Source: Salinivirgaceae bacterium
GTDB taxonomy: Bacteria; Bacteroidota; Bacteroidia; Bacteroidales; SZUA-534
Length of the DNA stretch: 64,000 nucleotides
Direction: 5' to 3'
Assembly: GCA_017557605.1 (NCBI GenBank)
Contig: JAFYYJ010000049.1
Coordinates: 4,664 to 68,663, forward strand
Positions 1 to 9,396 of the stretch are shown here, one piece after another. The notes below the pieces were generated by a model that was given only the letters and a program-made list of their open reading frames with translations, was not told where the DNA came from and ran no database searches. Numbering within the stretch: position 1 is the stretch's first letter; every line of letters starts with the position of its first letter. A program made the translations under genes and the position numbers.

Positions 1-1
1 C

Positions 2-367
2 GTTGTGGGGCTTTATTTCTACCCGAACAGTGTGGTTGAAATTGCCAAACACATCAAACCGTCAGCACGCGGCGAGCTCGAGATTACCACTGTAAATCAG
101 GAATATCTGACCAAAGGCGACCTTCAGGTTGAGATTATGGGCCGCGGTTTCGCCTGGCTCGATACTGGCACCTACAGCAGCCTGATTGAGGCAAGCAATT
201 TTGTTGAGACACTGCAAAAACGTACAGGTCTAATGGTTAGCTGCCCCGAAGAGATTGCCTACAAACGTGGTTTTATCAATCGCGAACAGTTGGCTGAACT
301 GGCAAAACCTCTTATGAAAAACGATTACGGCCAATATTTGATGAAACTGGTCAACAACAAAGCATAA
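2..367 (+). CDS. rmlA: glucose-1-phosphate thymidylyltransferase, C-terminal ~120 aa (5' end outside window)
   Basis: The ORF is open to the window edge. The tail ([38 protein letters not shown]) matches RmlA/RfbA C-termini, and rmlC and rmlB follow. Confidence 0.85.
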   Translation, partial: VVGLYFYPNSVVEIAKHIKPSARGELEITTVNQEYLTKGDLQVEIMGRGFAWLDTGTYSSLIEASNFVETLQKRTGLMVSCPEEIAYKRGFINREQLAELAKPLMKNDYGQYLMKLVNNKA

Positions 368-390
368 AGATTGATTAACAGCTGAATACA

Positions 391-957
391 ATGAATTTTA
401 TAAAGACTGATATCGACGGAGTGGTGATAATGGAGCCGCAAATTTTCGGTGACCATAGAGGATATTTCTGCGAGACATTCCGCGAGAATCAATTTATTGA
501 AAATGTGTGCAATACTCGGTTCATTCAAGATAATGAATCATCATCGACTGGCGGCGTGCTGCGTGGCTTGCATTACCAAATGCACCCCTACTCCCAGTCG
601 AAACTTGTACGAGTGATTGAAGGCGAAGTGTACGATGTAGCTGTCGATATTCGTAAGGGCTCGCCAACCTTCGGGAAATACGTCGGAGTTGTGTTGAGTG
701 CCGAGAACAAGCGTCAGTTCTTTATTCCTCGCGGATTTGCACACGGATTTTTGGTTTTGAGCGAACACGCAACATTTGTCTATAAATGTGACAATTACTA
801 CAACAAGGCCAGCGAGCGCGGTATCCGTTTCGATGACCCAGACTTAAATATTCAATGGCCGAAAGTGAATTTTGAATTAAATTTGTCGGACAAAGATTTA
901 GCGGCTGTCAATTTGAAAGACGCTGATTTATTTAACTTTACGGATAAATTATATTAA
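391..957 (+). CDS. rmlC: dTDP-4-dehydrorhamnose 3,5-epimerase
   Basis: 188 aa with an ATG start. RmlC cupin motifs are present (FGDHRGYF.E, RGLHYQ, QSKLVRV..G.V.DV.VD.R..SPTFG, IP.GFAHGF). Confidence 0.9.
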   Translation: MNFIKTDIDGVVIMEPQIFGDHRGYFCETFRENQFIENVCNTRFIQDNESSSTGGVLRGLHYQMHPYSQSKLVRVIEGEVYDVAVDIRKGSPTFGKYVGVVLSAENKRQFFIPRGFAHGFLVLSEHATFVYKCDNYYNKASERGIRFDDPDLNIQWPKVNFELNLSDKDLAAVNLKDADLFNFTDKLY

Positions 958-960
958 AAT

Positions 961-1974
961 ATGAGCGTATCGATATTAGTAACAGGTGGAGCTGGATTTA
1001 TCGGCTCAAACTTCATTCCTTTTTTTATTGAAAAACATTCTGATTATCACATTATTAACCTTGACAAACTGACCTATGCTGGCAATCTGGCCAACCTGTC
1101 AGAGGTTGAGGATAGTGACCAGTATACATTTGTTCAAGGCGATATCTGCAACCGCGAACTTGTTGAGTACCTGTTCCGTCAGTACGATATCCGCGGTGTG
1201 ATTCACTTTGCCGCTGAGTCGCACGTCGACAATTCAATAAATGGTCCTGAAATCTTTATCAAGACGAACATCAACGGCACATTTACGTTGCTCGATGTTG
1301 CCCGTAAATATTGGATGGACGCGCCGTTCAAATACAAAAAAGAGTACGAAGGCTGCCGTTTCCACCACATCTCGACCGACGAAGTTTATGGTACTTTGGG
1401 CGAGACAGGATTCTTTACGGAAACAACACCTTACGCACCCAACAGCCCATATTCAGCTGCAAAAGCAAGTTCCGACCTGATTGTGCGTGCTTATCATCAC
1501 ACCTATGGAATGAACGTCACAACGAGCAACTGCTCAAACAATTACGGTCCGAAACAGCATAACGAGAAGTTGATTCCAACAATCATCCGCAAGGCTTTGG
1601 CAGGTGAAAATATTCCAATCTACGGCGACGGCAAGAACATCCGCGACTGGTTGTATGTGATTGACCACTGCGCTGGCATCGACCTTATCTACCATCGCGG
1701 CAAGGCTGGCGAGACCTATAATATTGGTGGCCGCAACGAGCGTACCAACCTACAGATTGTTGATACCATCTGCAACATTCTCGACGACCAACGTCCACGC
1801 ACTGACGGTAAGTCATATAAAGAGTTGATTACCTTTGTTAAAGACCGTGCCGGCCACGACCGCCGCTACGCCATCGACGCGACCAAAATTGAGAAGGAGT
1901 TGGGCTGGCGTGCCGATGAGAATTTCGAGAGCGGAATTCTGAAAACCGTGGAATGGTATTTGAATCGGAAATAG
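961..1974 (+). CDS. rmlB: dTDP-glucose 4,6-dehydratase
   Basis: 337 aa. It has the GGAGFIGSN Rossmann motif, the YSAAKASSD catalytic YxxxK and a HISTDEVYG motif. It lies 3 nt after rmlC. Confidence 0.92.
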   Translation: MSVSILVTGGAGFIGSNFIPFFIEKHSDYHIINLDKLTYAGNLANLSEVEDSDQYTFVQGDICNRELVEYLFRQYDIRGVIHFAAESHVDNSINGPEIFIKTNINGTFTLLDVARKYWMDAPFKYKKEYEGCRFHHISTDEVYGTLGETGFFTETTPYAPNSPYSAAKASSDLIVRAYHHTYGMNVTTSNCSNNYGPKQHNEKLIPTIIRKALAGENIPIYGDGKNIRDWLYVIDHCAGIDLIYHRGKAGETYNIGGRNERTNLQIVDTICNILDDQRPRTDGKSYKELITFVKDRAGHDRRYAIDATKIEKELGWRADENFESGILKTVEWYLNRK

Positions 1975-2000
1975 TCACACAATCTGACAAATTGCAACAA

Positions 2001-2031
2001 AAAAAGAGGATTCATTAGAATCCTCTTTTTT
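2001..2031. terminator. bidirectional rho-independent terminator between convergent rmlB and the OM barrel gene
   Basis: Perfect hairpin aaaaagaggattc-atta-gaatcctcttttt, flanked by an A-run and a T-run. Confidence 0.6.
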
Positions 2032-2049
2032 GTATGTGTACCTCTCAAA

Positions 2050-3501
2050 TCAGAATTTGAATCCAATAGTAAACACAACATTGCTTTGCTTCGAATTCAG
2101 GCTGGCCATTGTCGAAGCGTCATACAAGAAATGCTTCTCTTTTTTAGCTGCAATATTGTAGCCGAAATCGAAGTAGGCATTCGGACCGCGCCAACCCAAG
2201 CCAAGGCTGTAAACCTGCTGGTTTGCCGACTTATTGGCCTCGCTGCTCACATATGGACTGCCGTAATAGCCGAAACCAGCACGCAACGCCAAAGCGTTAA
2301 GCGACAGCTCACCTCCTATTCTAAGATTGACTGTGGTGTGATAAATATCAGATATTGCATTATTTACCAAATCCATATTATCATCATCGCCGTCATCACT
2401 CTCCATCGAAGTAGCTGAATAGTCAATCACTTCGCAATCGACATCTACTAGGCCGATATTTGGAAAGACAAACGCCGCGCTGCCCACAAACTTACCTGGC
2501 AAAGTCAGATTCCAGTCAAAGCCTCCCCTTGATTTGCCTGTCTGCTGCTGCAATTCATAGGTTGAACCGTTGGTGGTGTACCATACAGCCGACTCGACAC
2601 GTGTTGAATAATCGTCGCTCATATCGATGATTGTTGGGGTATGGAAAGCGGCACCGAAACGCACGTTTTCATTCAGCCAATAGATGAGTCCCAGTTTCAT
2701 ATTCAAACCACGGCCAAGACTTTGGAAATAGTCGGTAACGCTATAGCTTTGCAAGTCAAACTCCTCATCGTCAGACGCTTCGCTATATTTCTGTGTCTGT
2801 TCGTAATTGATGCGGACAATGTTGACAGAACCACCAAAATAGAATGACTCGTTAAAGTTGGCGCCAAGCGCAAACGAATACTCCCCTACAGAGCCACTCG
2901 AGCGGATGCTCTTTGTCTGCGTAGCTCCATAACGGTCGGCAAGCTGATAATCATTATAGTATTTACCATCGATTGAATCATATATGAACAAATCGGCTTT
3001 ATAGAACACATTGCCCTCGTCGAAATAGTTGTTGAACGCTGCCACTTCGCCGTCAAGCTCCGATGATAAGTCGTTGTAGCCGCTTATGAGCGTGTTGCGG
3101 TAAAGATTTGCCGTCCGGTTATATGAAAACGAGAAATTGAATGATTTGCAGCCTGTTTCGTTTCCTGTTTGAAACACCGAGGCAAAGCCAATATTCGACA
3201 TATTGAAGCTGTTTTTAGTAGCATTGTTAGTGCTACCATTGTACGAGCCTTTCACCTTGGCCTTTGTCCATTCAGGCGACACTGAAATCTGGTCGGTCCG
3301 ATAGATAGCCAGACCCGCCGGATTTATAGTTATTGACGAGAAATCGGCACCAAGCGCGCCTGATGCGCCTGCCATTGATATAAACTTGGCCGTTCCCAAT
3401 GGATTCACATTCGAGTAACGAATCGCATCATCGGCATTTTGCGCCATACCATACATCGATGTAGCGCAAAGCATTAATAAAAGTATCTTTTTCATTTTCA
3501 A
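2050..3501 (-). CDS. outer-membrane beta-barrel protein, FadL/OMPP1/TodX-like (family-level guess)
   Basis: 483 aa with signal peptide MKMKKILLLMLCATSMYGMAQ. The N-terminal motif G.AKFISMAGASGALGADFSSITINPAGLA resembles the FadL hatch region. It shows alternating beta-strand patterns and a C-terminal ...FTIGFKF. Confidence 0.6.
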   Translation of the reverse strand: MKMKKILLLMLCATSMYGMAQNADDAIRYSNVNPLGTAKFISMAGASGALGADFSSITINPAGLAIYRTDQISVSPEWTKAKVKGSYNGSTNNATKNSFNMSNIGFASVFQTGNETGCKSFNFSFSYNRTANLYRNTLISGYNDLSSELDGEVAAFNNYFDEGNVFYKADLFIYDSIDGKYYNDYQLADRYGATQTKSIRSSGSVGEYSFALGANFNESFYFGGSVNIVRINYEQTQKYSEASDDEEFDLQSYSVTDYFQSLGRGLNMKLGLIYWLNENVRFGAAFHTPTIIDMSDDYSTRVESAVWYTTNGSTYELQQQTGKSRGGFDWNLTLPGKFVGSAAFVFPNIGLVDVDCEVIDYSATSMESDDGDDDNMDLVNNAISDIYHTTVNLRIGGELSLNALALRAGFGYYGSPYVSSEANKSANQQVYSLGLGWRGPNAYFDFGYNIAAKKEKHFLYDASTMASLNSKQSNVVFTIGFKF

Positions 3502-3519
3502 TAGTTTTTAAGTGTCAAA

Positions 3520-4878
3520 CTAACGACGTCCGCGACTGCCCCCACCACTGCTGTGCGATGAGCCACCACTGCCGCTACGTGAACCGCCGCTGAAACTGCT
3601 GCCCGATGAGCTGCTCGACGGTGTATAGCTTGAACGCGAAGGTGTGTAACTAGAACGCGAAGGTGTGCTACTGCTGCTACTACGCGACGACGAGCTCGAA
3701 TTGTATGAACGAGTTGTGTTTGATGTGCTGCTACTGCTACGCACCTGGCTGCCCGGATTGCTATAATATGAGCTGCTAGACGGTGTGTAGCTTGAACGCG
3801 AAGATGTGCTGCTGCTGCTGCTGCGCGTCGACGAGCTCGAATTGTAAGAACGAGTGGTGTTTGATGTGCTGCTACTGCTGCGCACCTGACTGCTCGGATT
3901 GCTATAATCAGAGCGGCGTGTTGCATTGTTTGGCGAGCTTGTCAGGCTGCTTGAGCGCTGAACTGAATTTGAGTTCGACGAGCGTGTCGTATTTGTCGTG
4001 TTGCCGCTACGCACCTGGTTGTTCTGATTGTTATAAACAATACGGCGTGTCGCGTTTGTCGCCTTTGTCGAAGTTGATGTTGAGCTGCTGCGTGTCGCAT
4101 TTGCTGAGTTGATATCGCTCTGCGAAGGAGCCACACGTCCGCGCACCGATTTGGTTGTTGGAGCACCGCCAGCCACTCCCGAAGAGTGTGCCACCGAAGC
4201 ACCTCCACCGCTCACACCCGAGCTGTTGCCGCGCGTAACCGTGCCGCCGCCAATCGTATGACGCTGCCCGTAGTGATAATTGCGAGTTTTGTATTCATTG
4301 TCGCGCGAGAAAGCATAATGGTGATGATGATGACTGTAATACGGACGATAGTAAGCCACATACGGATAGTAGTGATGATAATACCATGGGTCGTAATAGC
4401 CATAATACCAATAAGAATATGAGTAAGGATAATACCAATGCCGATAGTAGTGATGCGGATAATAACCGTACCAATCGTAGTACCACGAATAATACGGATA
4501 GTCCCACAACCAGCTGCGATAGCCGTAGCCAAGATAGATGTTCACATTAACTGGCTCGGAATCGGTCTCTCCTTCTTCAAAATACTTGCCCTGATAATCA
4601 TCGCTGAAGCGGGCTATACGGCGTTCGTACTCCCCTACCTCAACTTCTTCGACATCATCAGAATCAGACGCTTCGGCGTCATAGCTACGGTCGACAGCGG
4701 TAGACTTCGCCGCATTAGTTTTATTACCAGCAAACTGATTGTCAGCTACATAATAATCGGTTTTTGGATTAAAATAAACGTCATCGTAATAATAACCAGA
4801 CAATCCGGCTGTTGAACCACACGAGGCCGCAAATCCCATTGCCGCCGTCGCTACTAATAATAAAGTCAGATTTTTCAT
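3520..4878 (-). CDS. low-complexity lipoprotein with an acidic N-region, a Tyr/Trp/His-rich core and a Ser/Thr/Arg/Asn-rich repeat tail
   Basis: 452 aa with a lipobox-like signal ([17 protein letters not shown]). Its stop lies 18 nt upstream of the barrel gene start. The overlapping ORFs in other frames are repeat shadows. Confidence 0.7.
   Translation of the reverse strand: MKNLTLLLVATAAMGFAASCGSTAGLSGYYYDDVYFNPKTDYYVADNQFAGNKTNAAKSTAVDRSYDAEASDSDDVEEVEVGEYERRIARFSDDYQGKYFEEGETDSEPVNVNIYLGYGYRSWLWDYPYYSWYYDWYGYYPHHYYRHWYYPYSYSYWYYGYYDPWYYHHYYPYVAYYRPYYSHHHHHYAFSRDNEYKTRNYHYGQRHTIGGGTVTRGNSSGVSGGGASVAHSSGVAGGAPTTKSVRGRVAPSQSDINSANATRSSSTSTSTKATNATRRIVYNNQNNQVRSGNTTNTTRSSNSNSVQRSSSLTSSPNNATRRSDYSNPSSQVRSSSSTSNTTRSYNSSSSTRSSSSSTSSRSSYTPSSSSYYSNPGSQVRSSSSTSNTTRSYNSSSSSRSSSSSTPSRSSYTPSRSSYTPSSSSSGSSFSGGSRSGSGGSSHSSGGGSRGRR
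3600..3910 (-). repeat. in-frame tandem repeat, period 141 nt (47 aa), about 2 good copies plus degenerate flanks
   Basis: The word cgacgagctcgaattgta.gaacgagt.gtgtttgatgtgctgctactgct.cgcacctg.ctgc.cggattgctataat occurs at both 3688 and 3829. It encodes ...[33 protein letters not shown]... Confidence 0.75.
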
Positions 4879-4904
4879 AGTTGTAATGTTTTACGTAAAA
4901 CTTT

Positions 4905-4912
4905 TAATTTTG
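4905..4912 (+). promoter_or_regulatory. candidate Bacteroidota -7 promoter element (TAnnTTTG) for proS
   Basis: TAATTTTG lies 50 nt upstream of the proS ATG in an AT-rich intergenic region. Confidence 0.35.
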
Positions 4913-4962
4913 CACACTGTTATAACGCAAAAATCTATATAAAAGTATTAAATAAAATAACG

Positions 4963-6435
4963 ATGGGCAAATTTTTAACATCAAGAAGCGAGAATTATTC
5001 GCAATGGTACAACGAATTGGTTGTAAAAGCCGACTTGGCCGAGAACTCAGCAGTCAGGGGCTGTATGGTGATAAAACCTTATGGATATGCAATTTGGGAG
5101 AAGATGCACGACGCTTTGGACAAGATGTTCAAGGAGACAGGGCACGTGAACGCATATTTTCCGCTGTTCATCCCGAAATCGTTCCTTAGCCGCGAGGCCG
5201 ACCACGTTGAGGGCTTTGCCAAAGAGTGCGCCGTGGTTACCCACTACCGCCTGAAAACCAATCCCGACGGCTCGGGTGTGATTGTTGACCCCGAAGCCAA
5301 ACTCGAGGAGGAGCTGATTGTCCGCCCAACATCGGAGACCATCATCTGGAGCACATATAAAAACTGGATTCAGTCGTACCGCGACCTTCCGATTCTGTGC
5401 AACCAATGGGCCAACGTGGTTCGCTGGGAGATGCGCACCCGCTTGTTCCTTCGCACAGCCGAATTCCTTTGGCAGGAAGGCCACACAGCTCACGCCACCA
5501 AAGAGGAGGCCGAGGTTGAGGCTCGCAAGATGCTTGATGTTTATGCAAAATTCGCCGAAGAGTTTATGGCCGTGCCAGTTATCAAAGGCGTGAAGACCGC
5601 AAACGAGCGTTTTGCCGGCGCTCTCGACACCTATTGCATCGAGGCTCTGATGCAGGACGGCAAGGCTCTGCAAGCCGGAACATCACACTTCCTTGGTCAG
5701 AATTTCGCGAAAGCGTTCGATGTTAAATTCCTGAACAAAGAGGGCAAGCAAGAGTTGGTTTGGGCTACAAGCTGGGGCGTTTCAACTCGCTTGATGGGCG
5801 CGCTCATCATGTCGCACTCTGACGACAACGGCCTTGTGCTGCCGCCGAAACTTGCTCCGATTCAGGTTGTTATTGTGCCTATCTTTAAAGGCGACGAGGA
5901 GAACGCAAAAATGCGCGAGCTTGGCAACAAACTCAAAGCCGACCTTGAGGCCAAAGGCCTGTCAGTCAAGTTCGACGACCGCGACACACAGAAACCAGGC
6001 TGGAAATTTGCTCAATACGAGTTGCAAGGTGTTCCGGTACGTATCGCCTTTGGCGCACGCGACCTTGAGAACAGCACCGTTGAGATTGCCCGCCGCGACA
6101 CTCTCGAGAAAGAGACCTATCCGGTTGACCAGGCTGTTGACATCTGCACCAAACTGATGGACGACATTCAAGCCAACATCTACAAGAAAGCGCTCGATTT
6201 CCGCACCGCCAACATCACCAAAGTTGACACTTGGGAAGAGTTTGAGGCAGCTCTCGAGAAAGGCGGTTTTGTATCGGCTCACTGGGACGGCACCACCGAA
6301 ACCGAGGTTGCTATCAAAGAGAAAACAAAGGCCACTATCCGCTGCATTCCGTTGGGCAACCCGCTCGAGGAAGGCAAGTGCATCCTGACCGGCAAACCGT
6401 CGAAGCAGAGAGTGTTGTTTGCGATAGCTTATTAG
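4963..6435 (+). CDS. proS: proline--tRNA ligase (archaeal/eukaryote-like type found in Bacteroidota)
   Basis: 490 aa. The N-terminus ([38 protein letters not shown]) and the class II motifs ([25 protein letters not shown]) are characteristic. Confidence 0.95.
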   Translation: MGKFLTSRSENYSQWYNELVVKADLAENSAVRGCMVIKPYGYAIWEKMHDALDKMFKETGHVNAYFPLFIPKSFLSREADHVEGFAKECAVVTHYRLKTNPDGSGVIVDPEAKLEEELIVRPTSETIIWSTYKNWIQSYRDLPILCNQWANVVRWEMRTRLFLRTAEFLWQEGHTAHATKEEAEVEARKMLDVYAKFAEEFMAVPVIKGVKTANERFAGALDTYCIEALMQDGKALQAGTSHFLGQNFAKAFDVKFLNKEGKQELVWATSWGVSTRLMGALIMSHSDDNGLVLPPKLAPIQVVIVPIFKGDEENAKMRELGNKLKADLEAKGLSVKFDDRDTQKPGWKFAQYELQGVPVRIAFGARDLENSTVEIARRDTLEKETYPVDQAVDICTKLMDDIQANIYKKALDFRTANITKVDTWEEFEAALEKGGFVSAHWDGTTETEVAIKEKTKATIRCIPLGNPLEEGKCILTGKPSKQRVLFAIAY

Positions 6436-6478
6436 GCATAAGCCATAAGGCAAAGGACATAAGCCATAAGTTGATAAG

Positions 6479-6527
6479 AAACGTAAATGGCAAGTGGGTG
6501 TACCACTGCTGTTTACGTTTTTTTTGT
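6479..6527 (+). terminator. rho-independent terminator after proS
   Basis: Stem aaacgtaaa...tttacgttt with inner pairing agtgg/ccact, followed by a T8 run. Confidence 0.5.
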
Positions 6528-6556
6528 TAGCGTTTTTGTCAGCGTCAGTGTCAGCG

Positions 6557-7069
6557 TTATTCCCCGTACTTCGTTTCCTGTTCTGCGGCCATTGGCATAG
6601 GTTCTTCATCAGGCAGAGCGTAAGTACGAGGCTTGTTGTTGATAGATAAGAAGTTGCGATTGAGCAGAATTTCAACTTCCCACATTGTATGCTCGAAACG
6701 GGCTGGTGTGAGTTGACATTCCCAAACCACAATCACCTGCCAACCGTTCTGCTGCAATATCTGGTAATTCTGCTGGTCGCGCTCGCGGTTACGCTCGATT
6801 TTTGCCTGCCAGAACTCCTCGTTGCTTTTCGGCATACGGAACTTGTCGCAACCGTCGTGGCCGTGCCAGAAGCAGCCGTTTACAAAGATTGCCGTACGGT
6901 AGCGGCGCAACACCACATCGGGTTTGCCGGGAACGCTGCGCACATTGAGCCGGTAGCGGTAGCCACGTTGCCACAGCCACTGGCGCACCTTCAGCTCGGG
7001 CTTGGTGTTGCGGCTGCGGATATGCGACATACAACGGTGCCGCTGTTCGGGTGTTAAAGGGTCTGGCAT
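6557..7069 (-). CDS. vsr: very short patch repair endonuclease
   Basis: 170 aa with Vsr motifs: RSRNTKPELKVRQ.L...G.RYRLN...PGKPD.V..RYR.AIFVNGCFWHGH, and ...W.V..VWECQL. Confidence 0.9.
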   Translation of the reverse strand: MPDPLTPEQRHRCMSHIRSRNTKPELKVRQWLWQRGYRYRLNVRSVPGKPDVVLRRYRTAIFVNGCFWHGHDGCDKFRMPKSNEEFWQAKIERNRERDQQNYQILQQNGWQVIVVWECQLTPARFEHTMWEVEILLNRNFLSINNKPRTYALPDEEPMPMAAEQETKYGE

Positions 7070-7152
7070 AGATTTGTGTTTAAATTAAAAACACCATACC
7101 AGCCTTTGGTATTAAGGCATGGTATGGTGTCAAATATTGCAGCGTTTTCCGT

Positions 7153-8175
7153 CTATTTATATGTAGGAATTTCAAACATTCGCATAGCGTCGGTAAAATA
7201 CTGAGATGCAGTCATTTGAGGATAGTTCAGCAAAGCCGAAATCAAATCTTGATGCTGAGCGCGGATTGGCACCATTTCCTTCTCAATTTTCTCTGCTGCC
7301 GGAATCTGCTCGTCCATACGTATCTTCATGGCATCGATAGCGGCCTTACGCAAGATTGGGGCAACCTCGCCATAGTATTTAAGCGCCGCCGATTTGTAAG
7401 AAGCCGCATCCTCCGACTCAAGGTCCTTGGCATATTTGGCATATATCGGTTTGCACTGATTGTCAGCTTCTTCAAATATCTTGTCAGCCTTCTTCCCTAT
7501 CGCTTCCCACTCATCAATCATAGGTTGCAGAGGCTCCAAATATTTGCTTGCGTCAAGCGCCTGCTCCATAATTGCAGCCTCGGCCTGTCCTTGTCTGTAA
7601 TGTGTTGCGAGATAGGCTTGTTGCTCCTCTTCCGACATTTCGGCCAGCTTGTCCAACTCCTCGCGGCTCAAGCCGGTCATCAGTTCTGCATTTTTGTAGA
7701 CTGCCTCTGTCAGAGTGGCGCTATCGAGGGTGTATGAGAATGCCAGCGCTTCAATCATCAACGATGCCGATTGGGTTTTGAATGTTGTAACCGGACTCGA
7801 CAGCAGTCTGATTGTCTGCTCGTTAAGCTCAGCCGACTTATAGCTTGTCAGTTGCTGAACGGTTGGTATGGCAGGCAGCCGTTTCATTATATCGACAATC
7901 GACTGAGGTTGTACCGGCTCTTGCGACTGGGTCTGAGATTGCGATTGCGACTGAGATTGTGCTGGTGACTCTTGTGCCGGCTCGCTTTGCGTACCTTTGT
8001 CAATTTCTTTATCGATTGCATCGACAGCCTTATCGGTGGCTTTGTCAATGGCTTTCTCGGTGGTTCTTTGTGCGGCTTTGCTTGCAGCCTGTTTCAACAT
8101 GCTACTGCCAAATTGCGCGTTGGCGGTGAAAGCACATGCAGCAACGCACATAACGGAAAGTAAAAGCTTCTTCAT
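7153..8175 (-). CDS. secreted hypothetical protein, helical, with an SQ/TQ dipeptide repeat
   Basis: 340 aa with signal peptide MKKLLLSVMCVAACAFTANAQ. The SQSQSQSQTQSQ run is encoded by imperfect hexamer repeats around 7924-7965. Confidence 0.6.
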   Translation of the reverse strand: MKKLLLSVMCVAACAFTANAQFGSSMLKQAASKAAQRTTEKAIDKATDKAVDAIDKEIDKGTQSEPAQESPAQSQSQSQSQTQSQEPVQPQSIVDIMKRLPAIPTVQQLTSYKSAELNEQTIRLLSSPVTTFKTQSASLMIEALAFSYTLDSATLTEAVYKNAELMTGLSREELDKLAEMSEEEQQAYLATHYRQGQAEAAIMEQALDASKYLEPLQPMIDEWEAIGKKADKIFEEADNQCKPIYAKYAKDLESEDAASYKSAALKYYGEVAPILRKAAIDAMKIRMDEQIPAAEKIEKEMVPIRAQHQDLISALLNYPQMTASQYFTDAMRMFEIPTYK

Positions 8176-8302
8176 AGTTCAGCAATTTTATGATTAAACA
8201 TTCTCAAAGATATACATTTTTTTATTGTTAATCATTTGCGATATAGATTATTGCATTTTGCCACCATTAACAACACTGGCTGGACTTACGCACCACAATT
8301 AT

Positions 8303-8689
8303 CTATGTTGTCTTTATCAAATCGACAACTACCCTATCAGCTGGCAACCATGCCACGCTGTCGAGTTCGTTTGCCGACAACCATTTAGCAGCTTCGTGCT
8401 CTTTCAATATGAGCGAGCCGCTAACCACGTGGCAAAGGTAGCAGTGCATTGTCAGATGAAACGCCGGATAGTCCCATTCAACTGTTTTCAGAAGGCGCTC
8501 AACAGCGATGTCGGTGTCTAACTCTTCTCGAATTTCGCGCTGTAAGGCAGCTTCGGGTGTCTCGCCCGGTTTAATCTTTCCGCCAGGAAACTCCCAACCG
8601 CCCTCCATATCGCCATATCCGCGCTGCGTAGCAAAAATGCGGCCTGCGTTGTCGTGGATTATTGCAGCGGAGACTTGAATTTGTTTCAT
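8303..8689 (-). CDS. NUDIX hydrolase (MutT-like 8-oxo-dGTP diphosphatase family)
   Basis: 128 aa with the Nudix box GGWEFPGGKIKPGETPEAALQREIREELD. Confidence 0.8.
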   Translation of the reverse strand: MKQIQVSAAIIHDNAGRIFATQRGYGDMEGGWEFPGGKIKPGETPEAALQREIREELDTDIAVERLLKTVEWDYPAFHLTMHCYLCHVVSGSLILKEHEAAKWLSANELDSVAWLPADRVVVDLIKTT

Positions 8690-8744
8690 AGTGCAAACTT
8701 ACAATTTTGCAAGATTGTATCACAATTCTTTCAATCCTAATGAT

Positions 8745-8953
8745 TTGAGATATTGGTATGTTCCATTGTAAAACTCGGAAAGGCGTGTCGGGTCTTCGGG
8801 GAAACCTTCATTGGTCTTTTTGTCGTTCCCTTCGGGCACACAAATTCATATATCGGCGGTCGATTTCGACATCGTTGGCGAATTTCTCTTGCGTCAGACC
8901 GCGCAGCTTGCGTAGCTGAATAATGGTTTGCCTAGTTTTTCCTGTAGTGTCAT
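8745..8953 (-). pseudogene. possible degraded XRE-family helix-turn-helix gene
   Basis: The minus-strand translation gives TIIQLRKLRGLTQEKFANDVEIDRRYMNLCARRERQ, an HTH_3-like stretch. The only ATG (8953) is in a different frame, and the HTH frame hits TGA and then continues as ..FRVLQWNIPISQII. Confidence 0.3.
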
Positions 8954-9146
8954 TTTTGTGTTATATCGTTTCTTCAACAAAAGAACACCATTGTGGACGG
9001 TAATTCAACGGCCAATTGGTCGTGATGCTCGTTTTACGACTTACAATACTCGTAACACCCCATTATTTCACTTTTTTTCATCAAAATTGTATCCTTATTA
9101 TTATTTTTTCGTATGTTCGTGACTGGGAAACAAAAAAAAGGTAACA

Positions 9147-9383
9147 ATGGAGAATGATGTTTGTAAAAATCTTGATAAATGCCCAATTTTCGTGAAGGGC
9201 ATTCTGGTGAATGATTTTGCTGATTTGGCTTACAAAAACATGTACTGCCTGGTACCGGGGAAATACAAAACGTGCAAGCGTTATCTGGCGGCACAGGCAA
9301 CAGGCAAGCCCGTTCCGGAAAGCATCATGCCCAACTCGAGCAAGAGCCTTGAGGAGATTATCCAGATTATCAATTCAAAATAA
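9147..9383 (+). CDS. small hypothetical protein (78 aa, 4 Cys)
   Basis: ATG-initiated ORF in an otherwise empty intergenic region, with normal composition. I recognise no family. Confidence 0.45.
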   Translation: MENDVCKNLDKCPIFVKGILVNDFADLAYKNMYCLVPGKYKTCKRYLAAQATGKPVPESIMPNSSKSLEEIIQIINSK

Positions 9384-9396
9384 GACTCCTCTCCTT

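Noticed and set aside
3498-4815. A cluster of overlapping ORFs on both strands (3498..3926, 3783..4112, 3942..4208, 4186..4422, 4212..4532, 4295..4507, 4438..4815).
   Set aside because: They are alternative-frame readings of the repeat and low-complexity DNA of the 452-aa lipoprotein gene. Only the 3520..4878 frame has a signal peptide/lipobox and spans the whole region.
6437-6470. Short direct repeat cataagccataag x2 after proS, and gtcagcg-type micro-repeats at 6538-6556. A similar ctgacactgac word occurs at about 30095.
   Set aside because: The repeats are too short (11-13 nt) to be significant in 64 kb, since many chance 11-mer matches are expected. There is no spacer/repeat periodicity, so this is neither a CRISPR nor a REP array.
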